In this document: in pieces, positions 15,889 to 25,004 of the stretch
Position numbering within the stretch: position 1 is the first letter of the stretch
How the letters are laid out: each line of letters starts with the position of its first letter
DNA from: a virus
Taxonomy: Duplodnaviria; Caudoviricetes
Length of the DNA stretch: 44,032 nucleotides
Strand: one strand, 5' to 3'
IMG/VR virus record: IMGVR_UViG_3300020045_004669
Coordinates: 1 to 44,032 of that record
The notes under the pieces: model-generated
Seen by the model: the letters and a program-made list of their open reading frames with translations, nothing else
What the model was told of the DNA's origin: nothing
Databases searched by the model: none
Program-made: the position numbers and the translations under genes

Positions 15889-16201
15889 ATACGCTTAAAA
15901 TAGTAGATAGTATTACAAATGATAATGTGAATATAAAAGCAATATGTTGATTGGTATAAATTATATATCCGTTGTTTTGAGCAAATTCAAGAAGTAAATT
16001 TACAATCAATGAAATAATTAGTACTTTATGCCATAAGCAGAATTTAAAAACAAATGAGCCTGAGAATAGCAATAAATCAAGTATTACTGAATGCCCAAAA
16101 AATGGATAAAGGCTATCAGTTAATACCCCCGAAAGTATCAACAGCAACCAAGCGTTAATAACAATCGGGATGTACTTAATCAACTGAATAAATAACCTCA
16201 C
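15836..16201 (-). CDS. Four-TM membrane protein
   Basis: Four hydrophobic segments, FGHS and FKFCLWHK motifs; GTG start overlapping the upstream TGA. Confidence 0.7.
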   Translation of the reverse strand: MRLFIQLIKYIPIVINAWLLLILSGVLTDSLYPFFGHSVILDLLLFSGSFVFKFCLWHKVLIISLIVNLLLEFAQNNGYIIYTNQHIAFIFTLSFVILSTILSVYGGFVKKKNNNCFKSLN

Positions 16202-16248
16202 CGCTTAGGTGGCTTGTAGGTACTTCCAGATTGTTTCCCTTTTTTCAT
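16198..16248 (-). CDS. 16-aa basic peptide MKKGKQSGSTYKPPKR
   Basis: A-rich leader, first ATG after the promoter, GTGA coupling to the membrane protein gene. Confidence 0.55.
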   Translation of the reverse strand: MKKGKQSGSTYKPPKR

Positions 16249-16275
16249 TTTGTTTGTTTTTAATTAATGATATTG

Positions 16276-16283
16276 CAAAGATA
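16276..16283 (-). promoter_or_regulatory. -7 promoter box for the peptide/lysis unit
   Basis: TATCTTTG(C) on the minus strand in the intergenic gap. Confidence 0.6.
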
Positions 16284-16287
16284 CAAT

Positions 16288-16491
16288 TTATTTTTCAGTT
16301 TTTGCATAGCTTTTAAAAATAGAAAGCAATGCGGGGGTAAGAGCCGTTCCGATTAGTGGAAGTAGCTCCTTAATTGTCGGGATGTCTCCGATATTTAGCA
16401 ATCCAACTACTGAAATTAACAATGTTCCGATAAAATAGTACAAGGCATTTAGTAGCTGGACCACTGTTATTTTTCCAAATTCGCTTTTCAT
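16288..16491 (-). CDS. Two-TM holin-like protein
   Basis: 67 aa, two hydrophobic helices, basic C-terminus. Confidence 0.55.
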   Translation of the reverse strand: MKSEFGKITVVQLLNALYYFIGTLLISVVGLLNIGDIPTIKELLPLIGTALTPALLSIFKSYAKTEK

Positions 16492-16721
16492 ATCATTTCT
16501 ATATTTTCGGGTTGTTTTTCACTAAAGCAGATAATTTCTGTTTCCATTTCTTCAAACTGAACAGTCAAAACCTCTACTTCTTCATATCTTAATTCTTTGA
16601 ATCCTAAACTGATTAATTGTTCATTGGTTGGATTGCTTACCCAGTTTTTACCTACCAACATAAAGTTGGAAGTGTATGTTAATTTATTGTTTTGTAGTAT
16701 TGCTTTCATATTATATTCCAT
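16488..16721 (-). CDS. Small tail-fibre-associated protein
   Basis: NPTNEQLISLGFKEL motif; follows the lectin gene. Confidence 0.5.
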   Translation of the reverse strand: MEYNMKAILQNNKLTYTSNFMLVGKNWVSNPTNEQLISLGFKELRYEEVEVLTVQFEEMETEIICFSEKQPENIEMI

Positions 16722-17418
16722 ATTTGCCTCGTAAGGCGTTAAAATTATCTAAAACTTGTTGTGCTGTCAATGCGTAATTGTATATGTTTACGTCATTGAT
16801 TGAGCCTCTAAAAAGAGCATCCCCTTGAGGTCTCGATGATATTTGTAAATTTGCATTGTTTATAGTAGTATCCGTCAACGTATTTTCAGTTATTATTTTA
16901 GTAATTAAAACTCCATTTACATATAAATTTACGCCATTTGCAGATGAACTGCCATCATAAGTTATTACACAATTACTCCAAGTATTTGGTGTTATTACAG
17001 AATTGATGGTTTTAACAAATATCCTATTCCCCGTTGAACTTCTAAAGATAAATACCATTTCGCCAAGAGATTCAACGGATGCATAGTATCCTCTTGCTAC
17101 CTCCATTTTAGCAATAAAAGCTCTATAAACAGCTAAATCAGTCGGATTAATCCACGCATTTAGCGTAAATTGTTGAGTTCTTTCAAAATTAAGCACATTA
17201 CCAATATTCACATAATCATTCACTCCATCAAACACCATATCCCTACCGTTACATACCACGCCATTAATTAAAGTTCCATTATTGTTTGACCCGCTTAAAT
17301 CGTACCAATTAATCCCAATGCCAGGATAGCTTAACGGATTTCCAGCATCTAAAGAGAGTTTATTTCCTACAATAAATCTATTTTGCCCGAAAAATCTTTT
17401 TGAATAATATCCGTTCAT
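16711..17418 (-). CDS. LamG/concanavalin A-like lectin domain protein (probable receptor binding)
   Basis: LDAGNPLSYPG..WYDLSG, FDGVNDYV, LYVNG, IYNYALT. Confidence 0.85.
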   Translation of the reverse strand: MNGYYSKRFFGQNRFIVGNKLSLDAGNPLSYPGIGINWYDLSGSNNNGTLINGVVCNGRDMVFDGVNDYVNIGNVLNFERTQQFTLNAWINPTDLAVYRAFIAKMEVARGYYASVESLGEMVFIFRSSTGNRIFVKTINSVITPNTWSNCVITYDGSSSANGVNLYVNGVLITKIITENTLTDTTINNANLQISSRPQGDALFRGSINDVNIYNYALTAQQVLDNFNALRGKYGI

Positions 17419-17419
17419 T

Positions 17420-19414
17420 TTAATATTCCCCCCAACTTGTTTTTACTATCCAAACGCCTGTAGAAACTTCTACCTGTTCGAATACTATTGTATATTTCTT
17501 GCTAACTTTCATTGATAAAGCCGTTCCACCAAGCCAAACTGGAGTGAATCCCGAATAAATAAATGTCGGTGCGGCAACTGCATTTGTGCTGAAATGTAAA
17601 ATAGTTTCATTTCGTTTTCCGCTTGTTGGGGCTTCGATAGTCAATGTACTATTAACGCTATTAACCAAAGTTCCTGAGATGCTATTTTGTTTTAATTGAA
17701 TTAACGGATAAGTGGCCGCCCCGACAGCCGCATTTAAATTATTGAAATTTAATCTATCAATTCCAATATATAAAGAGTTTAACCATTCTTTAAAATCGCT
17801 AATCCTAGTACTAACAAATTTCAATGCTACACTATCCCACAATGCTAATTTATCAGCATCAATCGGAGTTATTTTTTCGGACGTGCTGTCAATGTGTTGG
17901 ACGGTTAAATCTTGATTAACAGCCCTTAAACTTGTATGTCGTATTGCATTTGGGTTGTTAAGATATGAAGCGTTACCATCTCCTAAAAAAATTGACACAG
18001 TTCTTGAAGCGCCGCTTGTTTTAATAAATAAATCACACCCCATTCTATCCGTTGGATCAACATTGAAAGCTAATTGAACGGTTGCAATAGGAATGTAGTT
18101 GGCTGTTGCAAGTAAGTTGTTAACCTCGTCTTTGCACCAAACTATTGAAGGGAATAAATAAGTTTTAACGCCTAGTGCTGAATACTTGTAATACCTTGCA
18201 CCTACATAAGTTGCACCAGTTGCACTGCTTACATATCCATATAACGCAAAACTCCATAGGCCAGAAGGGATTTGAGTAGTTGAAACAGCGTCAGGATAAA
18301 TAAACGATTGAAATAATTTATCACCTTCGCCACTTGTTACTGCTAAGGATAACGTATTTGCGGAAACGTCTGGAATATAACTTAGAATTTTTACATTTGG
18401 AATTGAGTTATTTTCAAATGAAAAATACAAATTATTAGCATATCCACCGACTGCCGATGTAGCAGGTTTAAAAGTTCCATCGTCTGAAAGAACATCACCA
18501 ATTGGAGTTATTGGAAACGGTAATAAATTTTGCTTTGTAGTAATTAATTCATTAATAGCTCCAACTAATGTTTTACTAACAGTATTTAGTTCTGAAATAA
18601 CATAGTTTTTAGCTTGGTAGTACCAACTTTGAACAACTCTTAAAGCTGTCATTACTTTGGTGTTTTCAGTGCCTGTTTCAGCTTCTAATTGAGTTGCGTA
18701 ATCTAATGGATTTGAAATGGAAACATAAGCCGTACCACTCCATCGATAAGAAGTATTAGTATCGATTGTTATGTAAATTTTACCGCTTTCGCCTGTTACC
18801 GGCAATGCTGCAAAATTAGCAACTTCTAAAACATCATCGACAAATGAAGGTAGTTCAGTCGATGGTACTTTCCCATCGACTAAATGCGCAAAATCTGTAG
18901 TTTCTGCATAAGCTGCCGAGCCTAGAGCATCTTTGCGTTCGTAAGTTAATACTATATCGTTATCATCGTTATCTAATTGAGCTTTCCCAGCAACGTCTGC
19001 ATTTTTAGCATTACTCGCATTTGTTGCAAGCTTCGCTAGATTCACATCGGCGAATTCTAGTTGTGATGTGAATGGGTTTTCGGTTAACTCGCCACTATAA
19101 TCAGCTTTTCCACTCAAATCAACCTCAATATCCGTACATCCATCAGTCGGGTTATCGGTCGCTGAAAGTACGCCTTTAAAGTTTAGTTTTGTTCGAGGTT
19201 CTACGTCGGTTCCGTTGGATTGGATTGTGTGACCTCCACCGACAGCCATATTTTCAGACCATGTACCATCTTTGCGGGTGTATTGTTTTCCGTCAATAGG
19301 AGCTTCTTCAATCCCATTTGAAAAAAGCTGAACTATTTCGAAAGTAACATCGGGTTGATTAGTTAAACTAAATTCAACTCCGTTAATGGTATGATATATT
19401 GAAAAATTAGCCAT
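17420..19414 (-). CDS. Tail fibre protein
   Basis: EEAPIDGKQYTRKDGTW and GKVPSTELPSFVDDVLE...GESGKIY...YRWSG fibre modules. Confidence 0.75.
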   Translation of the reverse strand: MANFSIYHTINGVEFSLTNQPDVTFEIVQLFSNGIEEAPIDGKQYTRKDGTWSENMAVGGGHTIQSNGTDVEPRTKLNFKGVLSATDNPTDGCTDIEVDLSGKADYSGELTENPFTSQLEFADVNLAKLATNASNAKNADVAGKAQLDNDDNDIVLTYERKDALGSAAYAETTDFAHLVDGKVPSTELPSFVDDVLEVANFAALPVTGESGKIYITIDTNTSYRWSGTAYVSISNPLDYATQLEAETGTENTKVMTALRVVQSWYYQAKNYVISELNTVSKTLVGAINELITTKQNLLPFPITPIGDVLSDDGTFKPATSAVGGYANNLYFSFENNSIPNVKILSYIPDVSANTLSLAVTSGEGDKLFQSFIYPDAVSTTQIPSGLWSFALYGYVSSATGATYVGARYYKYSALGVKTYLFPSIVWCKDEVNNLLATANYIPIATVQLAFNVDPTDRMGCDLFIKTSGASRTVSIFLGDGNASYLNNPNAIRHTSLRAVNQDLTVQHIDSTSEKITPIDADKLALWDSVALKFVSTRISDFKEWLNSLYIGIDRLNFNNLNAAVGAATYPLIQLKQNSISGTLVNSVNSTLTIEAPTSGKRNETILHFSTNAVAAPTFIYSGFTPVWLGGTALSMKVSKKYTIVFEQVEVSTGVWIVKTSWGEY

Positions 19415-19761
19415 TATAGAACCTCCGCTTTAATTTTATTGTCAACCATTTCAATACCAAATAAAGTACCACCTAACAAGTCATCCATCGGGTTCATATT
19501 ATCGTCAAACATTTCAAACATAATTTCACCTTTAACCATTGTTTTAGTAATATTTCCAGCAACTTCAATTTTCATTTGAGTATCTGAAATTATCGTAAGT
19601 GGCAAATATCCATCCTTTTCAAGTACAGACATTTTAATTACTTTCCCACCCGTATATAGATAGATAAATATGTTTATATAGTCATTAAATGAAAATCCAA
19701 CTGTAGTAGCTACGAGTGTGCTTTCAATCGGACTTCCTAGATATAATTGCTTAGATGCCAT
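19414..19761 (-). CDS. Putative tail/baseplate protein
   Basis: Beta-rich 115-aa ORF coupled to the fibre gene. Confidence 0.5.
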   Translation of the reverse strand: MASKQLYLGSPIESTLVATTVGFSFNDYINIFIYLYTGGKVIKMSVLEKDGYLPLTIISDTQMKIEVAGNITKTMVKGEIMFEMFDDNMNPMDDLLGGTLFGIEMVDNKIKAEVL

Positions 19762-19921
19762 AATGTTTCCTTAAAAATCGTGTGTAAATTAGTAATTGAC
19801 AATCACAGAATTGAGGGTTTAAATTAGTCAATATTCGATATTCTTTAAAGACCTGTAAAACTAAATTACCCGACTTCGCAATGTCGGAATCGGGTAATTT
19901 TAATAACTCTTGAATTGTCAT
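19751..19921 (-). CDS. 56-aa hypothetical protein (not in ORF track)
   Basis: MTIQELLKLPDSDIAKSG...FCDC; overlaps both neighbours. Confidence 0.5.
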   Translation of the reverse strand: MTIQELLKLPDSDIAKSGNLVLQVFKEYRILTNLNPQFCDCQLLIYTRFLRKHYGI

Positions 19922-20040
19922 TTAGATTTTATTTTTGTAATTGCTTTCCACAATACAATATCTTTTTTCTTCAATGCCTTAAGTTGTGATGCAGTTAAAG
20001 TATCATCGCTATATTTTATACCACCTTTGCAGACTATCAT
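19918..20040 (-). CDS. 40-aa hypothetical protein (not in ORF track)
   Basis: MIVCKGGIKYSDDTLT...; ATGA overlap downstream. Confidence 0.45.
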   Translation of the reverse strand: MIVCKGGIKYSDDTLTASQLKALKKKDIVLWKAITKIKSK

Positions 20041-20041
20041 A

Positions 20042-21067
20042 TTAATTAAATGTTAGTGTCCAAGAAGCCAAAGTAATTCCTACTAAATCATCAGCGATAA
20101 CATTAAGATTCAATAAATAGGTTTCAACTTCCAAATAGGTTGCATTTGCGCCAAGTTCGAAATTCCCATAAGCACCGATGGCCGTTGGATTGTTTTTGGC
20201 AAAAGAAAGTAATTGATCACCTATTGACTGAGCTGTAAGAGAACATCCTGAGACAGATAATTCGACTATATATGGAGCAGAAACTCCAACTAAAGAAACA
20301 TTATCTATTAATGACAATGGATTAAGTCCGTTATAAATTACACTACCTGCCAAATCACTAACTTCAATAGATGTACTTGTAATATCCTTTGGAATATAAT
20401 AGGTAATCGCACCATTAACGCCAGTATAGGTTTCATTAATTGAGCCGGATACAGTCGTAAGAATAACTCCATTAGGTAATTTAACATAACCAACTTTTGC
20501 AACATCAATATCTAACACCACAAGATCACCACTTGAAATATTGCCACCGTAAATAGTATCTAATTTGCTCCAATCAATAACATTATCATTTGCAAATAAC
20601 ATCGGAGTATTAGTATAATTTTCGTCAAACGTCAATAGAATACCTCCGTGGGTATCAGTACTCATTAATTCCTGCGCTGTAGTTTTCAAAACTAATCCAC
20701 GTTCAAAACCAAACACTATATTTTGCCCGTCTCTTTGCGTTAATACTGCTACCCAGTCCTCATTCCTTAATTGTAAAATTTGTTTTTGAGTCAATGCAGT
20801 ATTTTGGATAATGAAAACTTCTATGCTTTTTGAAAACTTAGTAAGTCCATAAGCGTTTTTTTCACCATCAGATTTTGGAGCAAAAGGATTTTCAGATGGC
20901 TGATAAATTGGAATCATCAGCCGAGGCACGAAATCAACTATATAACCACTTTCAGATTTAGGATTAATTTCAGAGCGCAAACAAAGAAAACCGACTCTTT
21001 CCATTCCAAAAGTTGTCGGGCAGTCGGTGTTTATTGCAGAATCTAGTTTATCTTCTGGACAAATCAT
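20042..21067 (-). CDS. Tail-tube paralogue with C-terminal extension
   Basis: N-terminal ~160 aa align by eye with 21132-21713. Confidence 0.6.
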   Translation of the reverse strand: MICPEDKLDSAINTDCPTTFGMERVGFLCLRSEINPKSESGYIVDFVPRLMIPIYQPSENPFAPKSDGEKNAYGLTKFSKSIEVFIIQNTALTQKQILQLRNEDWVAVLTQRDGQNIVFGFERGLVLKTTAQELMSTDTHGGILLTFDENYTNTPMLFANDNVIDWSKLDTIYGGNISSGDLVVLDIDVAKVGYVKLPNGVILTTVSGSINETYTGVNGAITYYIPKDITSTSIEVSDLAGSVIYNGLNPLSLIDNVSLVGVSAPYIVELSVSGCSLTAQSIGDQLLSFAKNNPTAIGAYGNFELGANATYLEVETYLLNLNVIADDLVGITLASWTLTFN

Positions 21068-21131
21068 TTTATATTTTTATTAAAAGGTTTATAAAACCGC
21101 ACAGCTATCACCCTATGCGGAATTAAATGAT

Positions 21132-21713
21132 TTAGGCAGTTTTTAATGCCGCAATAATTGCATCGGTAGTTGCTTCGTCTGTTTTCCAAATAAATGCAAC
21201 TGGCAACAGAGCTTCTTTTTCCATCATTTCAATTGTCCAACCAAAAGCATCTTGGCTTTCCATCGAGAAAGCGGCCTTTGTAGTTGTTAATCCCTTTGAT
21301 GGCGCAAGCAACATGTATTTGTTTTTTTCAGCAACAGTGTAGCTTTTGTTTTGGAGAATCAAATAATACTCATCGTTTCCAAGCTGGATAACTTGTTCCA
21401 CTTTTGCAGGTGAATTGCCAAGGATTTTAAATCCAGCGGTAGAGTTAAATTTCAAAAGGTATTCTCCACGTTCACCTTCTATTTTTGTTGCTTTGAAAGG
21501 CATTTCTGCATTCTCAGTAACATTATATCCAAGTCCTGCCCCGATGCGAGCAAAAGTATTTACAACTACAGACCCCGCATCATATGCCAATGTTGCAGCG
21601 TTAATATAGCTACGTGCAATAAGTACACCGTCACGCTCTACGCCTACGGTTTGATTTTGACATCCTGCATTAATGCTAGTGTCGAGTTTGTCGGTAAAAC
21701 AAGGTTGACTCAT
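21132..21713 (-). CDS. Probable major tail (tube) protein
   Basis: 193 aa, own late promoter, downstream hairpin at about 21094-21122; position in the tail module. Confidence 0.6.
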   Translation of the reverse strand: MSQPCFTDKLDTSINAGCQNQTVGVERDGVLIARSYINAATLAYDAGSVVVNTFARIGAGLGYNVTENAEMPFKATKIEGERGEYLLKFNSTAGFKILGNSPAKVEQVIQLGNDEYYLILQNKSYTVAEKNKYMLLAPSKGLTTTKAAFSMESQDAFGWTIEMMEKEALLPVAFIWKTDEATTDAIIAALKTA

Positions 21714-21746
21714 TTTGTTGTATTTTAAATTAGTTTGTTATTTTTG

Positions 21747-21799
21747 CAAAAATATAAATATATAGTAGTACTTTTAGTTTTAATGTCAAAAGATTGACA
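21747..21799 (-). promoter_or_regulatory. Late promoter with palindromic box B
   Basis: TGTCA-N6-TGACA (21784-21799), 29 nt, TATTTTTG on the minus strand (21747-21754). Confidence 0.7.
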
Positions 21800-24700
21800 T
21801 TAAACGCTTATAGTGCTTATATTTTCAATAAATGAAACTTGTTTCTGTTTTGTTTTTAATTCAACTATTGATAGTTCTGGAGCTGGTAATTCTGCCACTG
21901 CCTTAGCAAATTCTTTATAATCAAAAGTAGGAATATTTCCAGTAATTGTTGCTCCGCTTGTTATTGCATTGCTTCCACCATTTGCTTGAATTGATGCAAC
22001 TGAACCAGTCAAAGGTACTGCCATCTTTGAAGTCAAATCGGGTGGTAATGATGAAACACCGCTACCACTTGCGCTATCTGTTGAATCAGCGGACGGTATA
22101 GGAGTTGCAATAATTGCGGCAATTTGTAAAGCGGCTGCAATTCCTGCGGCAATAGCCAGCGGTGGAGTATGCAATAAACTTACAACGGATGCAGCCCCGT
22201 TAATAATAGCATTTACAACTTGCATAGCCTTATTTCTAACGGCCGCATCATGGTCTAATTTAGCTTTTTTCTTTGCGTATTCCTCGTCAAAGTCCGCCTT
22301 TCCTTTGTTCTGTTTAGCCCATAAATCGAGTTCATTTGCTGCAATTGCATTTGAAAAAGAGAATGCACCATCTAACACATCTGCTGCGGAGTTTGCCCAA
22401 TTCATTACGTTCTGAATTTTAGCTGATGTGGCTTGTTTGTCGGCCTCTTCATTCATTTGCCTATATTTCTCACGAATATTAAATTCGGCTTGACTACCTT
22501 CTTTAATGCCTGTCAATTCCAAATTCATTTGGTCAGATAAACTCAATTGAGTTAACCGCAATGTTTCATCAGCGTTATTTTGTGCCAAATTTAATTGATT
22601 GTCATAAGCATCAATTGAATCTTGCAGCATTTGTTCCCGTTTGGCTTTACTGGCTTCTACTGGGTCAACTTCAATTTTTTTATTAAATGGCTTTTGTGAT
22701 AACGATGCAGTTGTTTGGATTTGAGCCCTTGCATCTGCTTTCATTTGCTGAAATTGAGCCGACAATTTACGGTTCAATTCATACTCATTTTGTTTTATTT
22801 TATTTAGTTTATCGAGTTCTTTTTGTTGCTCTTTTGTTACTTTTGTCAATTCAACAATTGAATCAGTCAATGGAGCAATTGATGGTTTAACAGGTTTAGA
22901 GGCTTCGTCTTTTATTGATTTTATTGCACGACTAGCTAAATAAGCCTTATCAACGTTTTCTTTACTAAATGCTTTAATTCCCTCGTTTATGTCCGAAAAC
23001 AATGTTTTGAATTTAGAAAAATCTCCACTTAAAGCCGATTGTATAGCTATGTTTAATTTTCCAAATGACATCCCAATTGTATCAACAACTGACTGAATCC
23101 TCATGTTAAGATAATCTGATTCATCGCCTATTGCAATGAAAAATCGCTTAATATCTTTACTTAATAAAGTCAAATCGGTTAATAGTCCAGTCCAAGCCTG
23201 AACGAACCATCTCGAAATATCAGACAGTACCCCTTCACCGTCTTCAATCGATAACATTAGATTAGTCCATGCTTTACCTGCTTTATCGGTATCACCTGCA
23301 AGATTATTCATTACAATTGCAGCTTGTTCAAATGCTACATTTGTGCCTGTAATATCTTTGGTTAATTGCTTGAACTTTTCAGAGTTTTTAAATAAAATAC
23401 CTGCTAAGTCAAAATAATGTTCTCCAAATTTTTCTTGTAGCGCAATGTTATCTTTCGCAATTGATTGATTATTGGCAATAGCTTTGTCGAGGCTAAAAAT
23501 TCCTTTTTCGTAATTGGCAGTATCTTTTTGAAGTTCAACCAATATCTTTTTAAATCCTGTACCTGCTTTTTCAGCTACAATACCTTTTTCTCCGAATAGT
23601 TCCATCATCGCAGTTAATTGTTCAATTGATAATCCTGCGCTATCGGCTGTACCACCAACTTTTACAATCGCTTCATTCAAATATGGAATTTCTACAGCTC
23701 CATATTTTGCCCCTGCTCCAAGCACATTTATAAATTTATTCGCTTGGTCGGCACTTACACCGAATTGATTCATTATTTGTGTTAATGCTTTTGTTGATTC
23801 TCCAAGGTCAAGCGATGAGGCTTTACTTAGAATCATAACTGCATCAGTCATTTGCGCTAATGCTTTTACATTTGAAAGTAGTTCGGGTTTTGCACTCCCT
23901 ACCAATTTCATAGCGTTAACGACCTCTATAGCCGAAATTCCATATTGAGAGCTCATTTGTTGCGCTTTCTCCTTTAAGAAAACTAAATCTTGTCCTGTTG
24001 CGCCTGTAATTGCTTCAAGTTCCGAAAGTTTTAGTTTAAATTCCATTGCGTTTCTTGTTAGCGCAATAAATCCAGCTACCAACACCGCAACGCCTGCGAT
24101 TGCTGCCATTACTGGATTTCCAAACAACGCCAACATCTGAACTTTTAATCCATTTGTAGCCACAATTGCAGCCTCTGTTGCTGTTGTTGTTGCTGTTGTT
24201 GCCTTACCCCTTGCAGCCTCTGCGGTTGCTGCTGTTGTTGCTGCAACTGCCTCTGCCTCTTCGGCTGCGGTTAATGCTACTGTTGCGCCTGCACTTGCTG
24301 CGCCTGTAGTTGTTACTGCTGTATTTGCGGTCGCTCTTGCTGCCTCTGCTGCGGTTGCTGCGGTTGCTGCTACTGCCTCGGCTTCCATTGCTGCCATTTG
24401 TGCAGCACTAGATTCTAGTTGTGACACCTTAGCAATTTCCTGCGCCTGCGTATATTGCATCGTTGCATCTTTTACGCTGTCAAATTTATTTCGTAACGCA
24501 ACTAAGACGGTCTGACCACTTGCAGCCATTTGACCAAAAATGCCAGGCAATCCACTCAATCCGATTCCATAATCAGCAACACTTCTTTGGTTTTGCCCAA
24601 CTGTTTTGTCAATTGCTTTTAATTTATCATTTAGGTTATTAGCTGCTATTGCTGCTGCAATTGCTTGACGGCTATTTAACCCTTGTTCGGCTGCCAAATC

Positions 24701-25003
24701 TTTTGCTTTTGCCGCTGCCTTTGTATACGCTATTTGTAACTTATCATAAGCCCCCATAGCCGATTGAGCCGCTTTTACTTCCGTTTGAATTTCACGTTGT
24801 AAAATCCGCTTTTGTTGGCTGTATTCTTTTATTGCAATAGCATTTTTTTCGTATTGTTGTTTTTGCGCTTCATCACCATTTTTCAGTAACTTTTGGTCAG
24901 CCTGTAACTTTCCAATTTCTGCGGTCAGTTGTCCAATTTGTTTAATGCCAGCACCTGCATCAACTTTTATTTCAATTATCTTAGTCTCTGTACTAGTTGC
25001 CAT
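21800..25003 (-). CDS. Tail tape measure protein (TP901-like core)
   Basis: 1067 aa, Ala-rich coiled coil; LSELEAITGATG, MNQFG, AGTGFK motifs. Confidence 0.92.
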   Translation of the reverse strand: MATSTETKIIEIKVDAGAGIKQIGQLTAEIGKLQADQKLLKNGDEAQKQQYEKNAIAIKEYSQQKRILQREIQTEVKAAQSAMGAYDKLQIAYTKAAAKAKDLAAEQGLNSRQAIAAAIAANNLNDKLKAIDKTVGQNQRSVADYGIGLSGLPGIFGQMAASGQTVLVALRNKFDSVKDATMQYTQAQEIAKVSQLESSAAQMAAMEAEAVAATAATAAEAARATANTAVTTTGAASAGATVALTAAEEAEAVAATTAATAEAARGKATTATTTATEAAIVATNGLKVQMLALFGNPVMAAIAGVAVLVAGFIALTRNAMEFKLKLSELEAITGATGQDLVFLKEKAQQMSSQYGISAIEVVNAMKLVGSAKPELLSNVKALAQMTDAVMILSKASSLDLGESTKALTQIMNQFGVSADQANKFINVLGAGAKYGAVEIPYLNEAIVKVGGTADSAGLSIEQLTAMMELFGEKGIVAEKAGTGFKKILVELQKDTANYEKGIFSLDKAIANNQSIAKDNIALQEKFGEHYFDLAGILFKNSEKFKQLTKDITGTNVAFEQAAIVMNNLAGDTDKAGKAWTNLMLSIEDGEGVLSDISRWFVQAWTGLLTDLTLLSKDIKRFFIAIGDESDYLNMRIQSVVDTIGMSFGKLNIAIQSALSGDFSKFKTLFSDINEGIKAFSKENVDKAYLASRAIKSIKDEASKPVKPSIAPLTDSIVELTKVTKEQQKELDKLNKIKQNEYELNRKLSAQFQQMKADARAQIQTTASLSQKPFNKKIEVDPVEASKAKREQMLQDSIDAYDNQLNLAQNNADETLRLTQLSLSDQMNLELTGIKEGSQAEFNIREKYRQMNEEADKQATSAKIQNVMNWANSAADVLDGAFSFSNAIAANELDLWAKQNKGKADFDEEYAKKKAKLDHDAAVRNKAMQVVNAIINGAASVVSLLHTPPLAIAAGIAAALQIAAIIATPIPSADSTDSASGSGVSSLPPDLTSKMAVPLTGSVASIQANGGSNAITSGATITGNIPTFDYKEFAKAVAELPAPELSIVELKTKQKQVSFIENISTISV

Positions 25004-25004
25004 C

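Noticed and set aside
21739-21754. 16-bp palindrome TATTTTTGCAAAAATA as a plus-strand promoter or operator
   Set aside because: Explained by the minus-strand -7 box plus an A-rich leader; no plus-strand gene follows.
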